DNA of 63,007 nucleotides, counting the filler, from Phoronis australis (Eukaryota > Animalia > Phoronida), in assembly GCA_002633005.1 (NCBI GenBank). It is 6 parts of 6 records of this genome, joined end to end, with 100 filler letters (N's around TTAATTAATTAA, not from the genome) between each part and the next. Parts side by side here need not be neighbours in the genome. Positions count along the whole stretch, not along the records: positions 1 to 7,774 come from NMRA01000944.1; positions 7,875 to 17,663 come from NMRA01001789.1; 4 more parts are not named here. One strand, 5' to 3'. Under the pieces are notes generated by a model. That model made no database searches. It was not told where the DNA came from and worked only from the letters and a program-made list of their open reading frames with translations. Numbering within the stretch: position 1 is the first letter of the stretch; every line of letters begins with the position of its first letter. Below, piece after piece: positions 1 to 13,507 of the stretch. Position numbers and translations under genes: made by a program.

Positions 1-360
1 ATAAACTTAAGTTATCAGAAAAACTTAAGTTTTGTTAGTTCAAAAAACTTAAGTTTTCATGAAAACTTAAGTTATTACTTGAAACTTAAGTTTATTTGGG
101 AAAACTTAAGTTTTACACCTGAAAAAACTTAAGTTTTCTGAAAAACTTAAGTTTTCTGAAAAACTTAACATTGTGCTGAAAAACTTAAGTTTTTGGCGAA
201 AAACTTAAGTTTTAAAAACTTAAGTTTCTTTTAAAAACTTAAGTTTTTCGGAAGAACTTAAGTTTTTCCTCTAAAACTTAAGTTATTTTCCAAAAACTTA
301 AGTTTTTTCGCCAAAAACTTAAGTTTTCAGCGAAAAACTTAAGTTCATTTTTGTAAGGGT
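1..360. repeat. Irregular tandem array of the palindrome AAACTTAAGTTT (~17 copies), probably the subterminal repeat region of a CMC/EnSpm-like DNA transposon
   Basis: AAAACTTAAGTT(T) recurs every ~15-25 bp and stops abruptly at TTTTTGTAAGGG-TA. The reverse complement CCCTTACAAAAA resembles animal CACTA/EnSpm termini. The array is seen directly; the classification is inference. Confidence 0.75.
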
Positions 361-3357
361 AGTCGCTTTTGTCCAAACTGATTTTTATTAAACTATTGTA
401 AGATCTTTAGGCAGACGAGCGCCATTGTTACACAGGTATGCCTTGCACAGATGACTTGTTCTCCGAGCAATGTCAATGACGATCAATGCATTGTTCTTCC
501 ACAGTCATCATGAAATGTGGCTTATATTATTTTATTATTATACCGCTGGTGAAGAACCACCACCAGCGCCAACAGACAACAGAAAGCAGGCGGATGAGGC
601 GAGTGAGGACGAGACATTTAAATTGCAATGTAGTGGTTATGCGAATATTCCTTTTGTTGAGTCCTATTAGAACAAATAGAAAATATCAATTTATTATTGA
701 TTAAAATCGTCACGTATATCATATGTAGTAGACACAGTGTCACTAGAATCTAAGATCTTCGGACTCGTCACCTTCGAAGGTGTCCCCCCCGTCTTCCTTT
801 ATACCTCCTTCCCTGTTAGCAAGCAGATAGCGCACATGACGTTGGCAAAAGGCTCACAACTTGAAAGACACGGAACACACAATACAACTAATTCAACTAT
901 TCACACTAATCGCTGCGCCAACTGCAGGCGAACAGATAACGTATATGACGACAGCAAAGGGATCACAACTTGAGAGACACAGAAACGTTTATCAACTATT
1001 CCCACAAAGCGTGGTTCAGCAACAGGTTCACGATCACTTAAGATTGTCAAAGATGTAGCAATGTAAAAATTCAAAGGAACGAGACACTACAGTCAATGGA
1101 CCTGTAAATACTCTGGCTGATCTGTTAAAACCAGTGGTGGTATATCAGCACAGCTGTGTGGGGAAGTAGGCTTGTATGTTGTTGCAAGCTTTGCTTGCAC
1201 AAGAACTGCTGCGTGAACAGCACATATCTAAATTTGCCTGAATTGAATTTTTGTCCCGCCACCGATCATGATCCTGGGCCAGTGGATTGAGTAGGTACAG
1301 CTACATGGTAATGGTTCATTGTTCCTTTTGTTTAGCCACTAGATTTTTCTTGTCTGCTAGGATTTCTCAGGGTGGCCGATACATTTAGATGATTTCTGAT
1401 CACTGTACTGTTTTTTTCTTGAAATCGTGTACTTGATCTAAATTTATGTTTCCGCATTTGTTTTTACCATTATAGATTTTTGTTTGTTAATGAGTATTTA
1501 TTTCTGACATTTGAGACCCTGTTACTTATTTTTCTGCCTGGGTTGTAAAGCCACATCCCGTTCAGGAGGAAAAGTTTTGATTGAGACCATTTACCTCTAT
1601 AAACTTTTCTCAACTTGTTCCTTATCCAGATTGGAAATGATTTCTGGAATTGCAGCGAATTGACAGTTTGCTATTCCTCGAAACCATGCTGGGTGTATAA
1701 AATTACACACTATCTGACAAGCCATCTTACAGAGCTAGGTCTCTAGCGATTGCATATCGCCAGTTCTTTTGAAATTATTAAATTGCTCAAAACTTACCAC
1801 GAAATAATGCCTATTCATGATGGCAAGTAGAAAATCAAAAGTTGTTTTTTGTGTTTGTAGGAGGGTTTATGTCCACTACAAATGATATTTTGTTGAAGGA
1901 CTGGAAAGGGTTGACACATTAGTTCTGGTGACTCCTTGGTTTTTGGTGAATTGGCCATTTTTTGGTTCCCATGAGTAATTTTGTAACTGGCCTAGTATGT
2001 ATGTACAACTGTAATCGCAGGGCAATTTTAATACAAACCATGTTGCAAAAGCACTTTTTCCATGAGCATTTCATAGCAACAATGCAGGCAGCCCATATTA
2101 TACAACACAAACAGGTACGTAATCTACATCGTCTCTTCTTTTACCTGCTTTCAACAGCCGTGAAATTTTGAGGGCCCTTCATAGGTTTTTGAGTTATCTG
2201 TCTTGTCCAACTGAGGCCGACTAGCCCAAACCTTTGTAACTTTTGTTTTTTGTTGTGCCGTTTTTAAATTTTTCCTTCAATGGAGATGGCCTTAATTGCC
2301 ACGGGCCTGGGGTTGTGGGCCTCTCTTTCCGCACCCTCTCGACACCCCTAACTATGCATTTGATTTAGTTTGCAACGTGTATTTATCCAAACTACTTCGA
2401 GTATTCGATGTGGAAACCACGATTCATTAGTTGAGAGAGATTGGCATTTGAAAACAGACTATGTTGATAGAATATGCCCTTTCTATTGCAGACGAATTGC
2501 ATTTTACATTTCACATTGACAAAACACTGACATCCAAATGTATGTCACACGCAAAACCACTGACACAAAAATCGAAAACTTTATACCTGTATATATAATG
2601 CAGTCAAAACTTGAAAACACATGTGACACTCTAAGCTCGATAAAAACAGCCTGTCGTACTAGTTGTGCTAGTAATACAGATATATTGGGCATCTTGTGGA
2701 ACAATGGCAATTTTTATCAGTAATCGGAAAGGTACGCGACATGCATTTACCAATGATCCGGTTTTGTTATATTTTCAAATAGTTTATTGTCCGTTTGATA
2801 CAAAGAATGACGTGAAGTAATAAGCGTCATTTCTCACATGACCTGGAATGCGTTACGACACGACTGGTTAAAAACACCTAGTACGCAATTTTTTGATATA
2901 ACACAGGCGAATCACAAAGTAGTGCACAGTAGAAATCCACACGCCTTACATTTTATCGTCTGCCAAACACTTATACCAACAACTAAACAATGCCGAAATT
3001 CCGTGGAGCTGACAAGGTTATGATTGACAAATCGGGTGTATGTACTCCCAGATGGAAGGAGATGCAAACAACAACTTATACGGACATAAGAACAGCCACT
3101 CAGTGAATAATTACCCAATCCTCAATCTCTTCTAGCACCGCAACATTTTGAACTCCACCTCGCTCAAACAATCCAGCACGCTTCAATATGATATCCTAAG
3201 CATCCACTGTCATCATGTACGTACTCCCCATTTGCTAAGTTTTGTTGTCTCAACATCAAAGAGTTTTTATAACATTCTAACTTGAACGTTTGTTATAGAA
3301 GCTAAATGCCATTTACAACTTTTAAGTTTAAAGTAATTTTTTTAACAATAAGCAACA

Positions 3358-4170
3358 CAGTGGCGGATCTAGGATATCACAAGGGGGGCCTACATTTTGT
3401 CTGTAAACATTTGCGCAAAGCACGATTGTAGATGCGCATAGCACCGAATGGGGGGAGGTCGGGAGGGGTGTTTGGCCCCCCTCCTGCTCAGGAAATTTTT
3501 TTCCTCTAAAAACCAAGCATTTTTCTTGATTCCTGAAGTATTATCCAAGAAAAAAACACGGAGAACGTGTCAAGCTTGAAAAACTGCAATAAGCCGACTA
3601 GAACTCACGACATAGCGAATAGAGAGCACGTGCTTTACCGCTGCACCACCACAACCCCACACGTACATGTAATTTACTACGAAGAGACCTACTTATTTAT
3701 GGTCCACAGCGTTTGCGTGCAAAACCTACTTCTTTTTGTAATGCTTATTACACTTTTTGTACTTTGTGCAATCAATTCGTAACAAATTTGTTGTATTTAA
3801 AATAGTCTTCAATTGCCCAAAAGACCAAATCCCTTTTTTGTGTTGGCATTAATGACGCGATTAATTTGGAAATCGTCTTAAGTTAAGGTTTGAAAAAGAG
3901 AGAATTATGAGTTTCTGAGTGATTCACTAAGGCTTCGATTAAAATTCACATCTTACTAGCAGCTTCTGTTTTTTCATCGTCACTCAGATTCCATTTTCTT
4001 TAAAAAATGAAGTAATTTTCTTCATTGCATAGAGAAGCAGACGACGGAAACGGAGTCGTAGTGCGCAGCGTCACTGCCGGTCGCCTGGAATATCGCGGGA
4101 GAGCCTATACTTGGCCATCGTTCCGTTACGATTGCGCCGTGTTCCGAATTTGACACGTGGAATTGGATCT
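3358..4170 (-). mobile_element. ~800-bp non-autonomous repeat, copy 1 (CAGTGGCGGATCTAG end, internal tRNA-like segment)
   Basis: The reverse complement aligns by eye along its length with 10471-11267. It starts with CAGTGGCGGATCTAGG, a hAT-like terminal motif. Confidence 0.8.
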
Positions 4171-4391
4171 GATGTCCCCCCCTCCCCTCAAACACACTAA
4201 AACTGCACACATTTAAATCTTGTTTCAGCCGTATAATGTTAATTACCGGGGTTAATTAATAAACTCAACATTTCCCTACGCTCTTGCTGTTTTATTTTTT
4301 TGCGGCCTCCTGCCCCTCCCCCCCCTAAAATCGGCCTATGTAACAGGGTTTATTTTACATTACGCAAGCGTGCTTTTACAAAAGTTGCGCC

Positions 4392-4660
4392 ATGTGGTCG
4401 GTTGTTAGCCTACTGTATGTGGTCGGGTGGTAGTAGCATTGCTAAAAGTACTCACGATACTAACAGTTCTCTATTTTAAGATTTTGAACAGCTTTTAAAT
4501 GCCGTATTATTTTGCTTTTGATGTACTGGAGATGCGAGAATTTCCCGTCACAATACACTAACCGGAAACGGCACCAGATAATTTAGGAAAGTGGCGCCTC
4601 CTCTAGGATAGCACGGAAGAAAATGTCGGAGTTGCGATTCTGTTGTCTATAATCTATGGT
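4392..4660 (+). mobile_element. Terminal fragment of the CATAGATT-TIR element family (see 45737-47080)
   Basis: Closely similar to 46815-47082; ends TCTGTTGTCTATAATCTATGGT. Confidence 0.75.
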
Positions 4661-6649
4661 GCAATGAGCTACATATAGGTTATATTTATCTCATTGATTA
4701 GGTGTACACGTTACTACTGTCAACACCTTGTGGTCAAATTGTAAAGCTATTCCAAGAAATAGAGGGATAGATAGCTGCCCCACCTGGTGGTCAAATATTA
4801 AAGCTATCCAAAGGGACAGATAGCTGGTTAGTTGGTTGACATCCAACATCCAATAGCTGACCCACCTGGTTGTCAAACGGCAAGACGGTGCAAAAGGAGA
4901 CAGCAAAGGGGTGGAGTTTGGATGATGTCTCGGCTATAACGGGGGGGGGGCAATTATTTTAGTTGGATACGAACCAACTACTAGTGTCCGTTGCATCAAA
5001 GTAGTCACTTACACGCAGTATGCCCCTAACTTCGTTGAGGGGGCCCAAATACTCATGTCCGTTGTATCAAATATAGCCATATACACAGAGTATGCCCGTT
5101 ATTTAGTAGATGGGGTGATGGTATACAAACTTTCTCTCAGCAACAAAATGCATTAAGATGCCCGTTATTTAGTAGATGACGTGAGATCCCAGTTCAGACA
5201 ACTGACAGTCCCTATAAACAGTGCTGATCAAATCAAGCAAGAAATGCAAAATTCAAGCCTGTGAATAGCAGAATGTTTAATTGTTGTGCACATATAAATA
5301 CAGGGCATTTAGGTGTGCAAGTCAACAGGTACTGCACCTACCATGAGTGACATTAGAAAATTCAACAATCAAATTGTCTTCGGCTCTTGACATTTTTTCC
5401 TAAGCCATGTCATGCCCATTAATAAAGGCTTCAAGTTCACAATCATCAAAACTAAATGTATGTAAAATTCAACTCTGACCACAAATGGGGCCTCAAACTT
5501 CACTAATCAAATATTCTGTTTATCTTGACATGATTTTTGAAGCCATTCTCTGTGCACTAATTCATGCGCCAACTTTAGAACAAAGCATTTCATTTCCCTA
5601 CAGTCTCCATCCAGGATTATAAGACATCTGTATTTGTTGTTAAGAATTCAATTTAATCTTTTGTTACTACATTTTCTTTGGTATCAGTGTGATCACTTAT
5701 TCTATTATGAGTGTTCACTCCAGATTAATCCTTTGTTGGCCCACCTACAGCTCAATGGCCTACCCAATCTAGTCTATTGTGTGGGGTCATATCACTGCAG
5801 GCACATTAAGTTTCTGTTTACAAACATTGTGTCTTTTAGCCAGCACAAACGATCAATGAGTGATTGTATATGGACGAAAATAGACCTATAGTCCTGTAAA
5901 ATTTGACAGTGAATGAACACTACAGTTGTGATGATCCCATTGTTCCATGCATGGGAGAAAGACCCAATTAAGTGTAATTACCCGAACCCTAAACAGTAGC
6001 AAAAATATCTGCCTGTGCATACTGACGAATTTTCAAAAGGCATTAACAAATAACTTACGTTAAAGACAAACACCACGGCGGTAGTCAGCTGGAAAAAACA
6101 ACCAATAGCGGAGTTGCAACGCCGCCATATTGGAAATGGGTCAGAATGTTGCATTGTGGTTAAGCTGGTAAACAAGTACGTCGGCAAGCGTGGGGGCGAA
6201 CCGGCCACAGGGAGGTTATACGTGTTGTGTGCCTGGCATGCTATAATACCAGTTAGCGAAATAAAAAAATTAGTTACTACCTGTTTCCCAAGGATCAAGA
6301 ACTGCGTTNNNNNNNNNNNNNNNNNNNNNNNNNNNNNNNNNNNNNNNNNNNNNNNNNNNNNNNNNNNNNNNNNNNNNNNNNNNNNNNNNNNNNNNNNNNN
6401 NNNNNNNNNNNNNNNNNNNNNNNNNNNNNNNNNNNNNNNNNNNNNNNNNNNNNNNNNNNNNNNNNNNNNNNNNNNNNNNNNNNNNNNNNNNNNAAAAAAA
6501 AAAACTTGTTTTCGCTTGACCAGAACCAAGCCAACATGAGCAATTTTGAGGATAATGCCTCTGCACAATCACCTATTCTGGGTCGACTCACTTAACGTAT
6601 GCTCACTATATGCATTACGCTCTAAGATAAAGCGCGCAGATTATTATTA

Positions 6650-7350
6650 TTTACTTTCTACAAAATTGTGGTACATTGCTATCAAAATTCGTTGTTAAAT
6701 TACGATCATTTTTCATAAAATTTTGTTGAAGTTCCAGGGCGAAATCTTGCCGACAAATGCGTACATGTAGCTGCTGGTCTCGCAATCGTCGATAGGGCTT
6801 GAATTCTTAAATAAGAATACAGCTTTGACTCAACAAATTACCTGAAATCCTCCTCAAGTTTTCCAAATAGCGTCTCTAAGATTTTTAAGTTCTTGTGAAG
6901 TCTGGATTAACTGCAGATTATGAGTCCAAATCTACGCTAGATTGTAGCACGCAAACCCGAGAAAAATCTCTGTGGGAACACATGTTGTTGTCACGTGACG
7001 TTTGTTTTGAAGTTTGTATGCATGTGTGTGAGAGTAAGCGTGCGTGTGCTTGTCAGAGTTCATTTGCCAGAGTAATGTAATGATCTAGGTGTGCATTGTA
7101 TCCAAAAAAAAGTAAGTCAAGCAGTCAAGCAGAGCGTGTTTTAATATTTACGGCTTAGCACTTGTTTGTATGCGTGTGTGTGAGAGTAAGCGTGCGTGTG
7201 CTTGTCAGAGTTCATTTGCCAGAGTAATGTAATGATCTACTGAGGTGTGCATTGTATCCAAAAAAAAAGCCAAGCAGTCAAGCAGAGCGTGTTTTAATAT
7301 TTACGGCTTAGCACTTAATGGCCTCATCTGCTAAAAACGTTCGAGAATTT
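6650..7350 (+). repeat. Dispersed repeat shared with 25140-25690, with an internal ~150-bp tandem duplication
   Basis: Shared blocks such as cattgctatcaaa, caaattacctgaaatcctcc, cagagttcatttgcca and ctaaaaacgttcga. 7013-7162 is duplicated at 7164-7315. Confidence 0.7.
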
Positions 7351-7774
7351 TTTCGGTAAGACCGACATGTCACTCATTGAGTCGCCGGGTGAGTGGATGC
7401 GTGACCGTAGTGTAACAGCTATTTCCCGGAAGATTTGGGGTGTAATGGTGCGAAGTGGGTCATTTTGACCTTAAAAACACCAATTATGATTAGTTCAATA
7501 ATTTCTCTTAAAAATAATGCAGAAGCTTTTTACGGTATTGGAAACTTTCGGAACTTAGTGCCGATATTTATTTGCCGATGCTATGTTTCCCGATTAATCT
7601 TCGATGACAGTCGGCACATTATGCAGCGCGCGCTTCTTGGTCGCGTGCTAACACTGGTCGAGTTTTTTTTTATTAGTCTTCGATTCACGGTTTTCATATG
7701 CACAAAGAAGTTTGAGGCCGGAGAAGATCTGTACTGGAAAGAAACAATGCAATCCCGCTCTTTGACAAGTACGC

Positions 7775-7874
7775 NNNNNNNNNNNNNNNNNNNNNNNNNN
7801 NNNNNNNNNNNNNNNNNNTTAATTAATTAANNNNNNNNNNNNNNNNNNNNNNNNNNNNNNNNNNNNNNNNNNNN
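7775..7874. other. Artificial scaffold join (44N-TTAATTAATTAA-44N)
   Basis: Exactly 100 bp with a six-frame-stop linker at 7819-7830. The same structure occurs five times in the window. Confidence 0.95.
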
Positions 7875-9202
7875 GGCCTCTTTGTCGTACGATATCCCTG
7901 CCTCTCGTGGCCGCTGGAAACTGAACGAGAGTTCATCGGGGTCGGGAACTGGGACTGTTCTACTGGCGGGAGAATAATAACGAGATAGAATGAACGGCAG
8001 AAACGAAACTTTTCCGAAAACGCTGGTGTCGCGCATAAGTGTGTGGAAGGGAAGAACAATGCTAAAAACTATGTCATGTGGAAGGAAAATAACTGACAGA
8101 ACGTTTTTGGTCGTCTTGGCTTTATCGTCAGTGTACGGAAAATGATTGAAAACGGTGGAGAAAAACTTGGCCTTTGAAAATTCAATCGCGTGGACAGGAC
8201 CAAATCAGTAATCCTTGAACCTGTATATAACATACCTACATTAAAATTAAAGCGGCTTTCAAAGCAAAACACAACTTTTGATTTAGACCATGACTTACCC
8301 TTATCACATTCATTGGTCTTAAGTTATTGTTTACGGTCTTAAACTGGAGCCTGTAATTCAGGGCTTTGAAAGAACTGACTGCTCGCTATTAATTGAGACC
8401 CGCTCTGATACGCCGTAAAGTTGTAACAATTGTTACATTTTTATGTTGCTAAGCCCCTCCTAAAATGTAACAAGTTGCTACATTTTATGTAAATGTTACA
8501 TTTTTACGTTGAATGCACCTGCGAGAAATGTATCATTGCGGCATGTTACGAAACCAACGTCATATTACTTAGAAAACGACTAAAATTACGAACAAGTGAT
8601 ATCTGACACGGCCGGGGGTGTTCGAGTATTTTTGGACGAGGGGTGCCGCCCGAAAGTATTGGATACCCGCTACCCACGTAGAAAGTGGGTTCTAACAAAA
8701 AGAGACCCATTTAGAGAGTAATTTTGTGTAAAAATTCACATTTTCGCACATTTCTGTTCCATAAATTCAGAAAAGGCACCCTTTTAGATAGTATTTTTTT
8801 TCGAAAATGGCACCATTTGAGAATATTTTTTTCTGAGGGAAAAAACACCCTTTTAGGAGACACTTTTCGCATACTAGTCTGCTATTAATGCGAGCTGACA
8901 GGACATGATTTTGGCAAACCATTATCATTTTTATTTCTGTTACATTGCTGTCGGTTACTACTCCTCTCTTACGAATTAATTTAAGAATGTTTGTTTTGAA
9001 AATTATGAACTTGAGTGCACTATTCCCAACAGCTTTGTATGTAACTATTTTCGATAATCTCTCCCCGTCTTTACACAAGTAGTTTTAAATTAAAGTACAT
9101 CATCTCCTAATTTTTATAGTTCTGCTTATCTGTAACGCTGTATTTTTTCTTTCTTATTCTCTGGTGGCTCCGTGGTCAGCGGACCTCTCGGGTCCTTCAC
9201 GG

Positions 9203-10470
9203 AGTCTGATGAAAAGTATGTATTCAAAGCTAAAAGCGTGTGTAAGAACTGAGCGTGGGTTAACTGACTTTTTCAGTAATAATATTGGTACTCGCCAAGG
9301 GTGTATGCATAGTCCTTTTTTATTTAGTATGTATCTGAACGAGTTTGTTGATTATTTAAGAGAATCTTTAATTAGCGGAATTTACGTAAATGAGAATGTG
9401 CCTCAAATTTGTAAGTTGCTATACGCTGATGACATGGTTGGTTGTGCAGAGACAGCAACAAATTAACTCTCTGCATGAATACTGTCAGGATTGGGGTATG
9501 AAAGTCAACCTTTCAAAAACAAAAATAATGGTGTTTAGAAAGGGCGGACCATTGAGAACATACGAAAAATGGCATTTTGGAAATGACAAAATTGATGTCG
9601 TCTCATCATATAAGTGTCTGGGTATTTGCCTTACACCTAAGTTAGTCTGGACGCAAGCTACGGAAACTTTGTCTCACCAGGCACAGAAAGCAATTTTTTC
9701 AATTAAACGTTTTCAGTCAAAATGTGGACGACTTTCACCGAAAATTGCACTCGAGATTTTTGATAAAATGGTATACTCAATCATTAGCTATGGAAGTGAG
9801 ATTTGGGGATTTAAAGAATACTCTAGCATCGAGCGCGTCCAATTGAAATTCTGTAAGCAACTGCTGGGTGTTGGAAGTAACTGTCCAAATCATGCTGTCT
9901 TGGGAGAACTGGGAATGTATCCAATTTATGTAAAGCTGTTTGTTAAACTTATCAAGTATTGGTTTAAATTGTTAAAAATGCGAGCACATCGAAATCCAAA
10001 ATCTGTCTATGACAAGCTTGTGACATTGGATGAGGCTGGTAGGAAAAATTGGGCTTCATCTGTTAGGAATTTGCTGCAAAGGTATGGTTTTGGTTTGGTA
10101 TGGTACAATCAGGGAGTTGGCTGCGAAGCATCGTTTCTTGTCATTTTTGAGCAGCGAATTAAAGATCGTTTTTTACAAGACTGGAGCTTTGCTGTGGAGA
10201 ATAGCTCAAAACTTAATACATATTTCTCATTTAAAATTGATTTTGAAATGGAATTCTATCTGTTGCGTGATATTCCATACATATTTTTAGCAGCTATGGC
10301 TAAATTACGTTGCTCCAACCACAACTTGATGATAGAGAAAGGTAGACATACTCTCGTGGACCAAAAATACCGTGTGTGTTGTTTCTGTGTGTCCCTAATT
10401 GAAGATGAACACCATTTTATATGTGTTTGTAAAATGTACTGCTCTCTGAGAACTGCATTTATACCTGAGT
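9203..10470 (+). mobile_element. 5'-truncated, frameshifted non-LTR retrotransposon ORF2 (reverse transcriptase plus C-terminal CCHC motif), tentatively RTE-X-like
   Basis: GTRQGCMHSPFLF and LLYADD (YADD at 9422-9433). After a frameshift near 9455-9462 it continues WGMKVNLSKTKIMVF, YKCLG, YGSEIWG and KLRCSNHNLMIEKGR...CCFC...EDEHHFICVC. Confidence 0.92.
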
Positions 10471-11267
10471 GGTCCAATTTGAAGTGTCAAATTCGGAACA
10501 CGGCGCATTCGTAACGGAACTATGGCTAAGTATAAGCTCTCCCGCGATATCCCAGGCGACCGGCAGTGGCGCTGCGCACTACGACTCCGTTTTTGTCGTC
10601 TGCTCCACTGTGCAATGGAGAAAATTTTCTTCATTTTTGAAAGAAAATGGAACCTTGGTGACTATGAAAAAAAAACAGAAGCTGCTGGTAAGATGTGAAT
10701 TTTAATCGAAGCCCTAGTGAATCACTCAGAAACTCAGTAATTCTCTCTTTGTCAAACCTTAACTTAAGACGATTTCCAAAGCAATCCCGTCATTATTGCC
10801 AACACGAAAAACGGGTTTGGTCTTTTGGGCATTTGAAGACTATTTTAAATACAACAAATTTGTTAAGAACCGATTGCACAAAATATAAAACGTGTAATAA
10901 GCATAACAAAAAGAAGTAGGTTTCGCGCGCAAACGCTGTGGACCATAAACTAGTAGGTCTCTCAGTTTAAGATTATTAGTGAAATCGTGGTCAGGTGCAG
11001 TGGCAAAGCACGCGCGTCCTATCAGCCAGGTCGGGAGTTCGAGTCTGTGAAAGTCGTAATTTCCTGTGTTTTTTCCATTTTTTTCTTGGATAATACATCA
11101 GAAATCAAGGAAAATGCTTGATTTTTAGAGGAAAAAACAAACATTTCCTGGGCGGGACCTCCCCCCAATTCGGTGCTATGCGCATCTACAGTCGTGGTTT
11201 GCGCAAATGCTTACAGCCGGACAAGGTGTTGGGCTCCCCCCCTTGTGATATCCTAGATCCGCCACTG
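10471..11267 (+). mobile_element. ~800-bp non-autonomous repeat, copy 2, abutting the LINE 3' end
   Basis: Inverted homologue of 3358-4170. Ends CCTAGATCCGCCACTG. tRNA-like A/B boxes at ~10987-11050. Confidence 0.8.
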
Positions 11268-12019
11268 TGATATCTGCTTCACTTTTTAAGCTGTTTAAAC
11301 ACAGGACTATGCCGCCACTTTTTAAAAACTATTGGCTCGCCCTTCTCAAAGTCGGGCTATCTTTTGTTGTTGCTCTGGTAAAAATCTTTCAACCTGCCCG
11401 CAAATAAGTGTTTGCCTTTATTTCCTTCCACCACGACGTCTTAAAAAATTCGCAACTAACGTGGTAACCCGTCGCCATCAGAAACTTCGGTCTCGCTCCT
11501 TTTGTGTATGTAGGGCAGGTCAATTGACCTATCGCAAGCTCCGCCTCCTTGCGTAATGTCAACTAACAAACGATAAGTTTTACCCGGCAACGTGTGGTTT
11601 GTCGGATAAAATGGCGGCTTGGAAACGAAGATGTGTCAATAATGCTGCGTTCTAAATGGTCAGTTAAGCCGTCACTCAAAATACTGGCGATAGGTCAATT
11701 ACTGCATTAGCGATGACTTCAAGGCAACAAAACACTGGCTGAAATAAATGAAACTATCGTGGACTAAAACGGGTGTTTTCCATCAAATTGGCTTCCAAAG
11801 CCAAAATACGATGTCATTGTTTCTGTTGTGCTTACAAAGGGAAGTGTGTTTACTGTAATGACAGATACACAATTGGTTTATCACCTGTGAGCGCCAACAA
11901 AAGATTGCAAGAACACTTAACAATAAACAAGAGCAACGCAGAAAGTTGAATTGCTCCCACGAATACACGATACCGCAAACGGTGTGCTTCTAGGGGTGGT
12001 TTTTGCATCATAGAAATTG

Positions 12020-13160
12020 CCAATAGATGTTGCAAAATACTTCGAATCCATCCAAAAATGGGAGAATGTCGCCGTTTCTTTTACAGAAAGCGATTTATCA
12101 CATTTCATAAAAATCGGTCAGAGAAACTTCAGAATAACTGAGGAAAACGGGAAGAAGAAATTGCCAGGGGGCACAGTGGTCGTGGGATCCGTCTGAAAGT
12201 CGTCGTCTTCAGTTGTCAACTACATATAAATACACTAGTACTAAATTTAATAAAAAGTCAGCAGGAGATACAGCTATATGGGTGAAAAAAGTGCCACTAG
12301 GAGGCGCCACAGTAATCGAAGTCGTTGGAAAATCATTGTCAACCGACCTTTTCAAAGTAAGAATATACATCTATATGCCAATTTTCACAATCATCCTAAG
12401 ATTGGTTTTGATTGACAGAGGGCGGAGGCCAAAAACAGACTAGAAAACAGTAAACACGGCCACTAGATGGCGCAAAATACGTCAAATCTGTCCAAAACGG
12501 GAAAATGTCATCGTTTCTTTGCAGAAAGCTATTTACCAAATTTCATGAAAACCCGTTAAGGAACTTCAGAGAAACAGAGGAAAACGGAAAAAATAAAAAT
12601 GCCACTAGGGGGCACAGCGTTCGTCGGATCTGTCTGAAAGCCATCGTCTTCCGTTGACAACTTCATATAAATACGCGTGCTAAATTTAGTAAAGATCATG
12701 CAAAGGGTTAGGAGTTAAGCTACGGGCGTAAAAACTGTCACTTGGAGGCGCTACAGTAGTCGAAGTCGTCGGAAAATCACCATCAACCGTCCGGCTCTTT
12801 ATAGTAAGAAAATACATGGCAAATTTTCACAATCATCCTTAGAGTGGTCTGGTTACTAGAGGAGCAGACGCCAAAAAACAGACTCCAAAATAGTATAAAT
12901 GGCCACTAGATAGCGCAAGATGCCTCGAATCCATCCGAAAACGGGAAGATAGCGTCATATTATCAAAAGATGCCTTATGTGCCAAATTTCATGAAAATCG
13001 GTTGAGGGCCTTTAAAGATACAGAGACAAACGTAAAAAAAATAAATTGCCACTAAGGGAACAGCGGTATTCGGGTCGGTCCGAAACTCGTCGTCCTTTGT
13101 CGTCAACCCCGTAGGAACACACCTGCCCAGACGCCCGGACGCCCAGGAGCGATGACGGCT
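12020..13160 (+). mobile_element. Helentron-associated (HINE/DINE-like) element with an internal tandem array (~140-165-bp monomers, ~445-bp trimer)
   Basis: Repeating ccaaatttcatgaaaa / ccaattttcacaatcatcc / ctaaattta monomers, each followed by GCCACTAG..GGC. Ends in GACG-type repeats (cagacgcccggacgccc). Homologous to 22305-23360. Confidence 0.7.
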
Positions 13161-13507
13161 ACCTTGTTACCTGATTCTGGAAACTTCTTTGTCGGGAGTT
13201 GAAACTGTACGGGGTACATGCCAAGCAACTATTCATGTTAAAAAAGCAGTGTAAAGTACATAGGGGCGTATCTATAAATTCGAGCTGGCACATTTGACAT
13301 AATTTAATTCAAGCAATCCGAGAAAGAAGCCGCTTTTAAGTTGAAATGCTGCGTGATCTTGTACTAACTTAAAGGCGCATGCAACGCGATTTTTTTAGTT
13401 TTCTTCAGGTTATTGTTGATTTGGATTTTTGGCTAAATCCGTGTTCTGCAAAAAGGTTTTCAATTTAGTGACGGTGTCTCTGGCGGTTTTTACTGGAAGG
13501 CGTACAT

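Noticed and set aside
1-345. CRISPR-like repeat-spacer array
   Set aside because: The repeat is only ~12 bp, spacers are short, low-complexity and variable in length, there are no cas genes, and the context is eukaryotic.
1320-1990. Possible decayed transposon protein on the minus strand (also 5340-5890)
   Set aside because: Many stops and no motif I can name with confidence; needs TBLASTX.
3358-11267. Composite/foldback transposon with 800-bp TIRs enclosing the LINE
   Set aside because: Flanks differ (aagcaaca vs tgatatct, no TSD), the copies are visibly diverged, and an artificial join lies between them.
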